Below, one piece after another: positions 17,804-28,098 of a DNA stretch of 64,000 nt (positions within the stretch are counted from its first letter, which is position 1; the number at the start of each line of letters is the position of its first letter). A model generated the notes under the pieces. It was not told where the DNA came from. It saw only the letters and a program-made list of their open reading frames with translations, and did not search any database. A program made the position numbers and the translations under genes. This stretch comes from an uncultured Thermoplasmata archaeon (GTDB taxonomy: Archaea > Thermoplasmatota > Poseidoniia > MGIII > CG-Epi1). Location: contig CAXHBG010000001.1 in assembly GCA_964015055.1 (NCBI GenBank), forward strand, positions 730-64,729, given 5' to 3'.

Positions 17804-18847
17804 GTGCAGCGTCAGCTTTCCCTTAGCGATTCAGAAGATGCCGTCAGTCCAATAATAGGTACTGTTTTAATATTGGCAATTATGGTTTCTATAACGGGAA
17901 CCATGCTTGCTTGGGGTATTCCGCAAATTCAAGAAAGTGAAGCTTATGCAATTTACACTTCTGCTCAAAATAATTTTTTAAATTTTGATGCAGACCTAGA
18001 TCAGGTAATAGTCCAAGGCGAAGGTAGTTCTCGTTCATCAACAGTGTCATTCAGTGCTGGAACATTTGTTCACCGTGAAAATCTAGACGAAATCCGTTAT
18101 TATTACGAAACCACCTCTTGGTCATCATTTGAGATTCTTGGAGTAAAAAATGGAGCAACTACATTTGCAATAATTGATAATAAAGAAGTTATAGATGATT
18201 TTGATATAACTATATCTTATCCAAACGGAACTATTTTGGAAGTGAAATCTTCAGCTTTTATTGCTTCAGGATTTCCAGCTTTGGTTTATGGGACTTCAGC
18301 TACATATACAAGTACAGCTAACGATACTGTTGTTGGTGGTTTTTTCATATATGGCGTAGACTCACTTTCGTACAAATATTCCTCTGTCTCAGGTGTTTAC
18401 AAAATGCGTTTGTTCAATGGTGGAATAGTTACTAGAGAGCCAGGAGGTATTTTCTTTGTAAGCTCGAAACCTATTATCAGATCCATTAGCACAGATGATT
18501 CCTATGAATCACTGGTTTTGTACCAAACAGATTACAATATGACTACTGGAGCTAAATCTCTAACTGGAGGAAATTATAATTTTGAAGCTAGGAATCAAGG
18601 TGGAAAAGATTCTTCTTTCGAAGTCTTTAACGTAAGAATGGGTTTTAGCGGCGAGAGTTCAATGGCATTAAAAAATTATTACTCAACGTATTGGAGTTTC
18701 AGTCCCGAAACATACACCATTTCTAGTACCCAATCAACAGCAGCAGCTAACATGGGCTTTGAGGAAGACATTTTTTACAATCAAGATACTGCATTTGACT
18801 TTAGAATTTTGGAGAGAACAATTCATGTTACGTTTAACCTCCGATGA
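17804..18847 (+). CDS. large pilin-like protein (class III signal peptide)
   Basis: EDA/VSPIIGTVLILAI N-terminus; first gene of a type IV pilus cluster. Confidence 0.8.
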   Translation: MQRQLSLSDSEDAVSPIIGTVLILAIMVSITGTMLAWGIPQIQESEAYAIYTSAQNNFLNFDADLDQVIVQGEGSSRSSTVSFSAGTFVHRENLDEIRYYYETTSWSSFEILGVKNGATTFAIIDNKEVIDDFDITISYPNGTILEVKSSAFIASGFPALVYGTSATYTSTANDTVVGGFFIYGVDSLSYKYSSVSGVYKMRLFNGGIVTREPGGIFFVSSKPIIRSISTDDSYESLVLYQTDYNMTTGAKSLTGGNYNFEARNQGGKDSSFEVFNVRMGFSGESSMALKNYYSTYWSFSPETYTISSTQSTAAANMGFEEDIFYNQDTAFDFRILERTIHVTFNLR

Positions 18848-19301
18848 TTCTGGTGCATCTCAGTTAATAGGTTACGTATACACGGCATTAATTTCAGTCT
18901 TAATTTTATCTTCGATGATGCTAACATCAAGTACTATGTTGAATGGCAGCGTTTCGAATACTGCACAGGAAGAGGCTGAACAGCTTGCACTATATTTTCA
19001 ACTGGCTGTTGAAGATTTACTCAATACAGTAAGAGAATATCCAGGCTCTACTCCAGTAATGGTTTTAGATACAGGAACAGAAGCAATTAATCATGGTATA
19101 CAATACAAAGTAACTGGTTTAACCACAGGATTAAAAGTGACTACAATTCAACCTCGAGGAGGTTCGTTCGAGGTTAACTTTCCACTAGCGCCAGCAACTT
19201 CAATTGAAACTACAAATTCTGCATCTTTAAAGTCTACTACTTCTTATATAGTCATATCCTATGATGATAATCTAAAGGTTGTCAAGTTAACCTCAGGATG
19301 A
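18825..19301 (+). CDS. minor pilin-like protein
   Basis: Start reassigned to the ATG at 18825; DDSG/ASQLIGYVY class III-like signal. Confidence 0.7.
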   Translation: MLRLTSDDSGASQLIGYVYTALISVLILSSMMLTSSTMLNGSVSNTAQEEAEQLALYFQLAVEDLLNTVREYPGSTPVMVLDTGTEAINHGIQYKVTGLTTGLKVTTIQPRGGSFEVNFPLAPATSIETTNSASLKSTTSYIVISYDDNLKVVKLTSG

Positions 19302-19305
19302 TAAA

Positions 19306-21564
19306 ATGAGTGCTGCAAAAGAGACATTGGACGGGGCTTCTGGATTAATTGGTGAAGAAGAGGAACAAATTGACGAAACTAAACTTTCATGGAGAGAGCG
19401 CCGTAGATTAAACAAACAGCGTAAAGCTGAAGCCAGGAAGCGTAGAGCTGCAGAGAAAGATGGAGTAATCCATGACTTGGTTATGGATGATATCGAGATT
19501 GGTGAAGATTTTGAAGAATTAGACACTTATCCGGTTAGGCCGCCTTTCTCTTACGTAAGAGTTTTATTCGATAAGAGGGATTATTCTAGATTTTACTATG
19601 TTGTTGAGCCCAAGGCTACAAAACAAGAAAAGGAAGATTTACAAACAATAAAAGATGTTTTACAGAGAGCTCTAAATATTGAGAGAGATACTCTAGATGA
19701 ATCTCAAGAAGAATTTTTGAAACAAGCAGTAGACGACATATTAGATAGTTACAGATTAAAATCACGAAAGAGTAACCGCGAAAAGATTCATTATTACATT
19801 GAGAGAGATTTGATAGGTTATGGTAAAATTGACACCATGATGCAAGATCCCAACATTGAGGATGTTTCTTGTGACGGTCCAGGAGTTGAAATTTTCGTTT
19901 ACCACAGAAGATTTGAATCTTTAAGGACGAATGTGATGTGGGAAGATGAATTAGAACTTGAACAATATATAATTCGTATGGCTCAGCGTTGTGGTAAACA
20001 TATTTCGATAGCTGAACCGCTTCTTGATGCAACATTAATGGATGGTTCACGTATAGTTATGACTCTAGGTAGGGAAGTATCTACCAAAGGTTCTACGTTT
20101 ACGATTCGGCGTTTTAGAGATGAACCGTTTACTCCTGTAGATTTACTTGAATTCAAAACGTTCTCTTCCATGCAAATAGCATTTTTCTGGCTTGCAATGC
20201 AATATGGAATGTCTATGTTGTTTGTAGGAGGTACGGCTTCAGGGAAAACCACTTCACTTAATGCATGTTCTCTTTTCCTTCCCTGGCAACATAAAATTGT
20301 TAGTATTGAAGAAACACGCGAGTTGAATTTACCACATCCGAATTGGATTCCCGGATGTACTAGACAAGGTTTTGGAGGTGAATCAGCAGGAAGTGGTGAA
20401 AAGGCAGCTGGAGAAGTTGACATGTACGATTTACTGAGAGCTGCTTTGAGGGAACGTCCAGAATACATTATTGTAGGAGAAATTAGAGGTGCTGAAGCTT
20501 ATGTTCTTTTCCAGGCAATGGCAACAGGGCACACGACGTATTCTACTTTTCACGCAGATTCAATTCAGAGTTTAGTTCACCGTTTAGAAAATAAGCCTAT
20601 TGAGATTCCTAGAGTTTTAATTCCAGCATTAGACGGCATATCAATTCAAATTCAGACTAGAGTTGGTGGAAAACGAGTAAGAAGAAATAAAGGAATTATA
20701 GAAATTATAGGTATTGATCCTCATTCACACGAGTTACTTACAAATGAAGCATTTCGATGGGACAACACCGTGGATGAATTTGTTTTCACAGGTAAATCGT
20801 ACATATTTGAAAAAATTATGATGAAAGCTAATCTCAATCGTGTCGAGATTATGGATGAGACAAAGCGAAGACAGTTAGTAATCGAATGGTGTTTGAAGAA
20901 AGGAATTAGAGATTACAAAGATTTTGCAAGAGTAGTTGCAGAATATTATGTACATCCTGAGGATGTAATGAGACAAGTTTACGAAGATATGCAGGTTGGG
21001 GGCAAGAAACGCAGACGTAAAGTTGAAGACAGAGATTTAGACTTATCAAAATCAGATGATGCTGACGTAGATGTGTCAGATTTCCCGCCAAAGGTTAGGC
21101 AAAAGTATCAAACACGTGAAGCTAAGGAACAAGCAGCTCGGGCTAAGAGTGATGCAAAAATTTCGCAAACTGACGATCCTACTAAGAGAGCTAATTTAAT
21201 TGCTAAAGAAGAGCAGAGAAGAGCAAAAGTGGAAGCTAGGTTGGAGAGCGATCAGCTAAAGGACCAAGCCTATTATGTACCATTAAAGCAATTAAAACCA
21301 TTAGCTAAGCAAATAAGCCTAGGTGATGTATCATCATTAAATGAAGTTGAAGGAAGAAGAATGTTAAAAGATGTCCGTTCAGAAATGAATAAAAAGTCTA
21401 AGGCAGAAACTAACATTTCTAAACTAGATGCTTCAGATAAAAAAGAAAAGGCAATTTCTTCAGAGGAAGAAAGAGCATCTAAGGCATTGAACAGTTTAAA
21501 AGCTAAGCTAGCAAATAGGGTACAGCGATCAGCTAACCCACGTTGGTGGCATTCATGGCTCTGA
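19306..21564 (+). CDS. type IV pilus assembly ATPase (PilB/FlaI/VirB11-like) with charged C-terminal extension
   Basis: GGTASGKTT, SIEETRE, ALRERPEYIIVGEIRG, TGH..YSTFHA. Confidence 0.93.
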   Translation: MSAAKETLDGASGLIGEEEEQIDETKLSWRERRRLNKQRKAEARKRRAAEKDGVIHDLVMDDIEIGEDFEELDTYPVRPPFSYVRVLFDKRDYSRFYYVVEPKATKQEKEDLQTIKDVLQRALNIERDTLDESQEEFLKQAVDDILDSYRLKSRKSNREKIHYYIERDLIGYGKIDTMMQDPNIEDVSCDGPGVEIFVYHRRFESLRTNVMWEDELELEQYIIRMAQRCGKHISIAEPLLDATLMDGSRIVMTLGREVSTKGSTFTIRRFRDEPFTPVDLLEFKTFSSMQIAFFWLAMQYGMSMLFVGGTASGKTTSLNACSLFLPWQHKIVSIEETRELNLPHPNWIPGCTRQGFGGESAGSGEKAAGEVDMYDLLRAALRERPEYIIVGEIRGAEAYVLFQAMATGHTTYSTFHADSIQSLVHRLENKPIEIPRVLIPALDGISIQIQTRVGGKRVRRNKGIIEIIGIDPHSHELLTNEAFRWDNTVDEFVFTGKSYIFEKIMMKANLNRVEIMDETKRRQLVIEWCLKKGIRDYKDFARVVAEYYVHPEDVMRQVYEDMQVGGKKRRRKVEDRDLDLSKSDDADVDVSDFPPKVRQKYQTREAKEQAARAKSDAKISQTDDPTKRANLIAKEEQRRAKVEARLESDQLKDQAYYVPLKQLKPLAKQISLGDVSSLNEVEGRRMLKDVRSEMNKKSKAETNISKLDASDKKEKAISSEEERASKALNSLKAKLANRVQRSANPRWWHSWL

Positions 21565-22502
21565 CCGGTTTAACTGGCTTCGAAACCTTCAGCCGAGTTT
21601 TGCTTGGTTGGTTTGGCCGAATGGTTACTAAAGATTCGGTTGATTTAAAAAATCAATTAGTGAAAGCAAGAATTCCACTTCTTCCAGAAGATTACGTAGC
21701 GTCCTCAGCCATGCAAGTAATTTTAGCTTTTTTAGGAGGGATAGCTGTTTCTCTTGCCATTGTTGGATTTCTAGTTCCTCAACTTGAAACAATGGATGAT
21801 CCTGCCAACGCAGGAGAGAAATTTGATATTTCAAATACTATTCAATATGCAATTATCGCACTTTTGGTATTTGTTTTGCCTGCTCTAATTGCATTAGTAC
21901 AATTTTTGACTCCAGCATTATTAGAAAGTAGCCGAGGAACTAACATGGACAGACAAATTCCTTTTGCAGCAAGTTATGTTTCTGCAATGGCTGCAGCTAA
22001 CGCGACACCTTCAATGACTTTTAAATCTTTAGCCAGGAATAAAGACATTTACGGTGAAATTTCGAACGAAGCTGCATGGATTTATCACAGCATGGAATTC
22101 ATGGGAAGAGACTTAGTTACAACTTTAAAAGAGGCTGTTGATAGAACACCTTCAGAGAGATTTGCAGAGTTTATTCAAGGAATTATAGGAACTGTAACCT
22201 CAGGAGGTAATCTCAAATTATATTTCCTTAATCGTTCAGAGTATTATGCTCAACAAAATAGAGTTCATGTTAAAGATGTTTTACAGCAGATGGCTTTGTT
22301 TTCTGAAGCATATGTGGTTGTAGCAGTCGCATTGCCTATTTTTGCTATGATTATCGCAGTTATTACTTTCTGGGTTTCAGGAGCAGGTATGAAACTTGAA
22401 GAGATACACATGTACTTGTTAATATTTGCAGGATTTCCAGTAATCCAATTAATTTTTTCAGGTCTATTCTACAGTTTAAGTTCGGAGATATCAAACGATT
22501 AA
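21555..22502 (+). CDS. type IV pilus platform protein (TadC/FlaJ-like, T2SSF)
   Basis: YGEIS.E, G.DL...L, RTPSERF, SGGNL..Y; adjacent to the ATPase. Confidence 0.85.
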   Translation: MALTGLTGFETFSRVLLGWFGRMVTKDSVDLKNQLVKARIPLLPEDYVASSAMQVILAFLGGIAVSLAIVGFLVPQLETMDDPANAGEKFDISNTIQYAIIALLVFVLPALIALVQFLTPALLESSRGTNMDRQIPFAASYVSAMAAANATPSMTFKSLARNKDIYGEISNEAAWIYHSMEFMGRDLVTTLKEAVDRTPSERFAEFIQGIIGTVTSGGNLKLYFLNRSEYYAQQNRVHVKDVLQQMALFSEAYVVVAVALPIFAMIIAVITFWVSGAGMKLEEIHMYLLIFAGFPVIQLIFSGLFYSLSSEISND

Positions 22503-23740
22503 TGGCTATTAAAGGCAACCTACAGAAGAAGGTATATCGCGATAAGCGAACCGGCGTAAAGCGAAGATGGATGGAATATAGCAAAGTTGACAGGTGGCTG
22601 TCGGTTAGAGATAAAGTAACTGATTGGGCTCCAGCATTTGTGGCATTTTTTTCTATAATTTTTGCATTATTTTTCTTTATGATTGCCAATATCAATAATA
22701 CTACTGATGCTCAAACATTAGTTGTTGATACTGATGCAGATAAACAGTTTGATAATCCTTGGCACATGAATGATGGTCAATTTTCATTTACGTTTGGGAA
22801 TACATACAATGAAGCAGGTGGCCAGCAAAATCGTGTCGAAGCGATATATGGATTAGGCCTTCCGGCCATTAGAAGTAATGAATCAGTTGATTCTGACCCA
22901 TTAGTAGATGGGATTGAGAACGAAATGACAGCTAATGAATGGTTCCGCTCATTTCCAGAGATTTCTGCAATTGACTATATCGTATTTGGAATTATATCTC
23001 TGATTTTACCATATGGAATTTACGGATACCGCAGAGATCAAATTAGAGCTAGAGTCGAAGAAAAATTCCCTGATTTTTTAAGAGATTTAGCAGAATATTG
23101 GAAAGGCGGTCTTAGTATGACTGTAGCTATTCAAACACTTGCTAAAGGAGAATATGGAAATCTTAATGACGAAGTTAATAAGATGTCTTCGCAGATTTCT
23201 TGGGGGGTTTCTTTTGGTGAAGTTTTGGAAATGTTCACAGAGAGAGTGACCTCACCTATTGTTACTCGTGCGGTTAGGATGGTAGATGAGGCAAATAGGG
23301 CAGGCGGTAAAATTTCAGATATCTTACTTGCAGCTTCATACGATGCCCGAGAGATTAAGGCTCTTGAGACTGAAAGAAGGCAAGAAGTAGGTAGTTATGT
23401 TACAGTTATTTACGCATCTTTCTTCGTTTACCTAGGAATAATTTTAGTTTTAGCTTCTACATTTATTCCTGCTATTGTCGATTCTTCAGCAGCAACTGGC
23501 GGCGGCGGAACAATGTCTATTGGTAACTTAACTATCAGAGAAATGAATGAAGTTTGGATTTCAACAGTTTTCCTTTACAGTTTAATAATTCAAGGAACCG
23601 GAATGGGATTGGCAGCAGGGTTCATGTCTACAGGTAGATTATATTCTGCATTTTTGAGAGCTTCATTCCTGTTGTTCCTGGGCTGGCTTATTTTTGAATT
23701 AGCAGGCATTACAACATCAATGATTACTCCACAAATTTAG
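22502..23740 (+). CDS. type IV pilus platform protein (TadC-like, T2SSF)
   Basis: EEKFPDFLRDLAE, GEYG.L, WGVSF, AGG.I..IL motifs. Confidence 0.87.
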   Translation: MAIKGNLQKKVYRDKRTGVKRRWMEYSKVDRWLSVRDKVTDWAPAFVAFFSIIFALFFFMIANINNTTDAQTLVVDTDADKQFDNPWHMNDGQFSFTFGNTYNEAGGQQNRVEAIYGLGLPAIRSNESVDSDPLVDGIENEMTANEWFRSFPEISAIDYIVFGIISLILPYGIYGYRRDQIRARVEEKFPDFLRDLAEYWKGGLSMTVAIQTLAKGEYGNLNDEVNKMSSQISWGVSFGEVLEMFTERVTSPIVTRAVRMVDEANRAGGKISDILLAASYDAREIKALETERRQEVGSYVTVIYASFFVYLGIILVLASTFIPAIVDSSAATGGGGTMSIGNLTIREMNEVWISTVFLYSLIIQGTGMGLAAGFMSTGRLYSAFLRASFLLFLGWLIFELAGITTSMITPQI

Positions 23741-23751
23741 GAGATTATTAG

Positions 23752-24204
23752 ATGAAAAATACTAAAGGACAGATGCATGTTTTGGAAGTATTGCTAGTAG
23801 GAGTGCTCTTTACTTCAGCAGTGAATGTAGCAGTTAATATCTTGCCTACAAGTGATGCAGATAATTCAGAACAAAGCGATCTTTATTTTTCAGGAATGGA
23901 AATTTTAGAAATATTAGATAACTGGGAGCCATCGAATTCTGATATTTCGGCTAAGCACAATGGCTCAACATTGTCATGGTGGTTAGCTACTAATAATGAT
24001 TCAGCAATAAAGCAATACCTTGATGCCGGCCTTTCTTCTTCAATTTCATACAGGCTAGAAGCTACACATGGTTCACAAAATGAGGTTATTGTTGATAGAG
24101 AAATCCCCGATGGAGAAGTAAGTACTTCCTTTAGATTAGTTTGGAGCGATAACGAGCTTTGGGATATAAGTCTACATCTATGGTATGGTTATAGGGAGGT
24201 CTAA
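23752..24204 (+). CDS. minor pilin-like protein
   Basis: KG/QMHVLE class III signal (Q+1, E+6). Confidence 0.75.
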   Translation: MKNTKGQMHVLEVLLVGVLFTSAVNVAVNILPTSDADNSEQSDLYFSGMEILEILDNWEPSNSDISAKHNGSTLSWWLATNNDSAIKQYLDAGLSSSISYRLEATHGSQNEVIVDREIPDGEVSTSFRLVWSDNELWDISLHLWYGYREV

Positions 24205-24593
24205 TGAACACAAAAGGTCAACTTCTTTTAGTTTCTGGTCTTCTAATGTCTATCACATTGATAGCAGTCAGTAGTACTATTACACATTCAGTTAATATGG
24301 GCGCACATCAAGGTGAAAGACATGATTTAACTCCTCAAATCAGCTCAATTGAAAGTAATTTTCCTTTAGCTTTAGAATATCAGATTGATCAAGATGATGG
24401 CTCAGCTTCGTTAATTGAATCATTTGAAGTTGTAGCTGAAGATTTTGAATATCGATTTGCACTTAGAGGTATCTCTCTATCTTTTGATCTTAAATCATCA
24501 TCTTTGAATTCTGGGACATATAATTTTGTCTATGAATATATTCTGGGCGATGGAATAATTACTATCTCTTTATCTAAGACTACTACCTTTTAA
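24204..24593 (+). CDS. minor pilin-like protein
   Basis: KG/QLLLVSG class III signal. Confidence 0.72.
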   Translation: MNTKGQLLLVSGLLMSITLIAVSSTITHSVNMGAHQGERHDLTPQISSIESNFPLALEYQIDQDDGSASLIESFEVVAEDFEYRFALRGISLSFDLKSSSLNSGTYNFVYEYILGDGIITISLSKTTTF

Positions 24594-24594
24594 T

Positions 24595-24909
24595 TTATTC
24601 TTGTGAGGTTGTAAAAGAGGAAATAGTTCTTTTAAACATTCCTCCGAAACCAATAACTGTAGTTATTAATATTCCAACAAACATTATTAGATAACCTAAG
24701 TATAATTGTTCTAAATTATTATTAAAATCTGTTTGATTAGTTTCTCCATTGAGAGCCATCAATCTGATAAGGCCTAAAATAAATCCTGCAATCAATAAAA
24801 TAAATCCAATACTAATTCCTATTTCTGAAGTTGTAAATCCATCTTCTTCTACATCTGGTTTTCCTTTAAAATCTGGAAAATTATCGTTACCCGTTTCTTC
24901 ATCAGACAT
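24595..24909 (-). CDS. 2-TM hypothetical membrane protein
   Basis: Acidic N-terminus and two hydrophobic helices. Confidence 0.65.
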   Translation of the reverse strand: MSDEETGNDNFPDFKGKPDVEEDGFTTSEIGISIGFILLIAGFILGLIRLMALNGETNQTDFNNNLEQLYLGYLIMFVGILITTVIGFGGMFKRTISSFTTSQE

Positions 24910-24953
24910 AATACAGCCAGAAATAATAGGTTAATAAGCTTGCCCTTATTATT

Positions 24954-26555
24954 TTAGTTTATTTTCTTATGTTCTAGAGCGGCTTTCACTAATCCGAAAT
25001 GTAATGGTGACGGATTATCAGGTCTTGATTTGAATTCAGGATGAAATTGCGATGCCATAAAATAAGGATGATTTTCTAACTCGAGAATCTCCATACGCCT
25101 TCCGCTTTTATCTCTTCCAGTATATTTCATTCCCTTTTCTTCAATTTGTGTTATATATTCTGGATTGATTTCGTATCTGTGGCGATGCCTCTCAAATATA
25201 GTATTACTACTGTACAACTCTCGGGCTTTTCCACCTGAAATTACAACTTCATGGTCTCCTAATCTCATAGTAGCTCCCATATCCTTTACACCTTCTTGTT
25301 CAGGTAATATGTCTACTACAGAATGCTTTCCTTCAGAATCTAGCTCCGATGAATTAGCACCTTTTAATCCTAAAACGTTACGAGCGAATTCCACAGTAGC
25401 TAGCTGAAATCCAAAACAAACACCAAGGTATGGGGTATTGGTTTCACGAGCCCATTTAGCACTCATTATTTTGCCTTCTGAGCCTCTACTTCCGAATCCA
25501 CCAGGAACTAGAACACCATTTACACCTTCGAGGCTTTTTGTATTTCCACTATCTTCTAAATCAGGCGCTTCAATCCATCTTATTCTAACTTTACAATCAA
25601 GTAATGCCCCTGCATATCTCAAGGATTCCTCATGGGATATGTACGAATCTTTCAAATCCGTATATTTTCCTATTAAAGCAATTTCTACAGTATTTTTACC
25701 ATTTGAAATCCTTTCAGCAAAATCTTCCCATTTAGTTAGGTCAGGTGTTTTAGGTGTAAGTCCTAGACGTTTCTCAACTAAGCTAGGTAATTTTTGTTCT
25801 AGGAAGACCATAGGTACATCGTAAATGGATCTTGCATCAGGGGCAGAGATTACACATTCACGAGGTATATCAGCAAAAAATGCGATTTTTGTGGCTATTT
25901 CTTCTTCAAGTTTTGTACTACTTCTTCCTACAATAATGTCAGGTCTTATTCCTAGCCCCTGCAGTTCTTTTACAGAGTGTTGAGTTGGCTTTGTTTTTTG
26001 CTCTCCAACTGCACCTACCACTGGAACCAGTGTGGTATGAATGACCATTACATTTTCTTTACCTTCTAACCTTCCCAATAATCTTACAGCCTCCATGAAC
26101 GGCATAGATTCAATATCTCCCACAGTACCTCCTAATTCCACCATACAAATGTCGGCCTTAGCACTTTTAGCGGCGGTTTGTATTCCATCTACAATTTCAC
26201 GAACTACGTGTGGAATTATTTGAACAGTTTGACCTAGATAATCACCGCGTCTTTCTTTTTCGATTACATTCTTGAAAACTTTTCCTGTAGTAATATTATG
26301 ATCTTTTGTCAAATTACAACTTAAAAACCTTTCATAATTTCCTAAATCTAAATCTACCTCTGAACCATCAGTCATTACAAAGACTTCACCATGTTCGTAT
26401 GGATTCATAGTCCCAGCGTCTACGTTTAGATATGGATCAATTTTAACAGCTGTTACTTTGTATCCTGCGCGTTGCAGTAGTAATCCAGTAGAAGACGATG
26501 TAATTCCTTTTCCTATTCCAGAAAGAACTCCGCCGGTCACAAGTATATATTTCAT
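24954..26555 (-). CDS. pyrG: CTP synthase
   Basis: GGVLSGIGKG, KIDPYLNVDAGTM, GVCFG, RHRHRYE, QFHPEF. Confidence 0.98.
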   Translation of the reverse strand: MKYILVTGGVLSGIGKGITSSSTGLLLQRAGYKVTAVKIDPYLNVDAGTMNPYEHGEVFVMTDGSEVDLDLGNYERFLSCNLTKDHNITTGKVFKNVIEKERRGDYLGQTVQIIPHVVREIVDGIQTAAKSAKADICMVELGGTVGDIESMPFMEAVRLLGRLEGKENVMVIHTTLVPVVGAVGEQKTKPTQHSVKELQGLGIRPDIIVGRSSTKLEEEIATKIAFFADIPRECVISAPDARSIYDVPMVFLEQKLPSLVEKRLGLTPKTPDLTKWEDFAERISNGKNTVEIALIGKYTDLKDSYISHEESLRYAGALLDCKVRIRWIEAPDLEDSGNTKSLEGVNGVLVPGGFGSRGSEGKIMSAKWARETNTPYLGVCFGFQLATVEFARNVLGLKGANSSELDSEGKHSVVDILPEQEGVKDMGATMRLGDHEVVISGGKARELYSSNTIFERHRHRYEINPEYITQIEEKGMKYTGRDKSGRRMEILELENHPYFMASQFHPEFKSRPDNPSPLHFGLVKAALEHKKIN

Positions 26556-26633
26556 TGACTCAACGGACTAATACATGTTGGAAGCTCCCTATAAGGCCGT
26601 CGGTCCACTTATACCCCTTTTCACTGATGTATT

Positions 26634-27536
26634 GTGACAGTTGATATTAAACGGCATAATAGTAAACTATTTTGGTTTGATTTAGAGCCCAATAATGAAA
26701 AAGAATTTATTACAATTTATATTTTAAAAGATGAAAAAATAACGCTAATTGAAACAGGTCCAGCTTGTTCACATGCTAATCTAATTAAGGGAATAAATAA
26801 TGCTGGACTTGCATTGTCAGATATAGACTTTATTGTTCCTACTCATATTCACCTAGATCATTTTGGCGGAGGAGGCCACATCATGGAAGTCTGTCATAAT
26901 GCTAAAGCAGTAGTACATCCAAATGCAACATATCATGTTTCTAATATAGATAAGTGGTGGTCAGGTAGTCTTGATTTTTTAGGAGACGTTGCAGAGTTGT
27001 ATGGAGAGCCTTTACCAATCCCTAAAGAAAGGATAATATCTGCTGAAGACGGTTTTAAACTGGATTTAGGTACGTCAACGTTGGATGCCGTACACACGCC
27101 CGGACACGCTCCACATCACATAACCTGGATAAATAAGGAGTCAGCTTTTGTTGGCGATTCTCTAGGACTTTGGTATCCGGAAATAAATAAGGCATTTCCA
27201 GTTACTCCAGGATACTACCGGCACGACTTGGCTTTGCAAAGTATAAGCTACATGTCTAAATTGAATATAGATGAATTATTTTACACGCATTTTGGACCAA
27301 GGCCAGCAGCAGGTGCATTTCAGCAAACAATTAATGAATTTGAGACTTGGATGTCTATCGTAGAAGATGGCATTAACGAAAATCTTAGCTCAAAAGAAAT
27401 ATTGGATTCTTTATTTTTAAAGCAAGACGGATTAAAACTTACAGATATTAAGCATGGAATACATCAGAGAAATACTCATTTAGGTTCCATTGAAGGGATG
27501 ATGGGTTGGATTAAAAGAGAAAATGAGAAAAACTAA
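26634..27536 (+). CDS. MBL-fold metallo-hydrolase
   Basis: THIHLDHFGG, TPGHAPHH, VGD, THFG. Confidence 0.88.
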   Translation: MTVDIKRHNSKLFWFDLEPNNEKEFITIYILKDEKITLIETGPACSHANLIKGINNAGLALSDIDFIVPTHIHLDHFGGGGHIMEVCHNAKAVVHPNATYHVSNIDKWWSGSLDFLGDVAELYGEPLPIPKERIISAEDGFKLDLGTSTLDAVHTPGHAPHHITWINKESAFVGDSLGLWYPEINKAFPVTPGYYRHDLALQSISYMSKLNIDELFYTHFGPRPAAGAFQQTINEFETWMSIVEDGINENLSSKEILDSLFLKQDGLKLTDIKHGIHQRNTHLGSIEGMMGWIKRENEKN

Positions 27537-28098
27537 CACTATTTCAGCAGTCGAAAAATCTCCATTTCCTCATGTGGTTGTTGAAGATTTTCTGGATGAT
27601 GATACATTAGATTTAGTGATTGATGCACTTGCTGGACTTGAGTACAGTTTTAGTGAATCTGATCTTTTTAGCTATTGGGCGAGTGTGAAGTTAACTGACA
27701 TTGATCATCCTGCGCTCAACGTTTTGAGAGAGGATCTAGGTGATAAGTCGTGGAGAAAAGAAGTTTCACAAGCTTTTCAAGTCTCTAAGTTGTCTAGAAT
27801 AGACATGGCAGCATACGTTTACGGCCAAGGGGATTTTTTACTGCCACACGATGATCAAGTAGAAGACCGCATCATAGCTTACAGTTTGCATCTAACTCCG
27901 GATTTAGAAGAATTGGATGGAGGTTCACTAGATCTTTTTGAAGGCAAAAAAGATGGCACTTCTAAATTAGTTAAATCAATAATTCCTAAATTTAATTCAT
28001 TGAATATGTTTGAGGTTTCGGAGACTTCTTGGCACCAAGTTAGTGAAATTTTGACAGATATTCAGAGGTTAACTCTTACAGGCTGGTACCATGTCTGA
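27523..28098 (+). CDS. 2OG-Fe(II) prolyl-hydroxylase-like oxygenase (OGFOD1/Tpa1 catalytic-domain-like)
   Basis: PFPH, DFLLPHDD, RIIAYSLHL, GGSLDLF, PKFNSL.MFEV, SWHQVSEI, RLTLTGWYH. Confidence 0.85.
   Translation: MRKTNTISAVEKSPFPHVVVEDFLDDDTLDLVIDALAGLEYSFSESDLFSYWASVKLTDIDHPALNVLREDLGDKSWRKEVSQAFQVSKLSRIDMAAYVYGQGDFLLPHDDQVEDRIIAYSLHLTPDLEELDGGSLDLFEGKKDGTSKLVKSIIPKFNSLNMFEVSETSWHQVSEILTDIQRLTLTGWYHV

Noticed and set aside
17804..24593. Archaellum operon
   Set aside because: No FlaH/FlaF/FlaG or archaellin-like genes seen; two separate platform proteins fit a pilus system.
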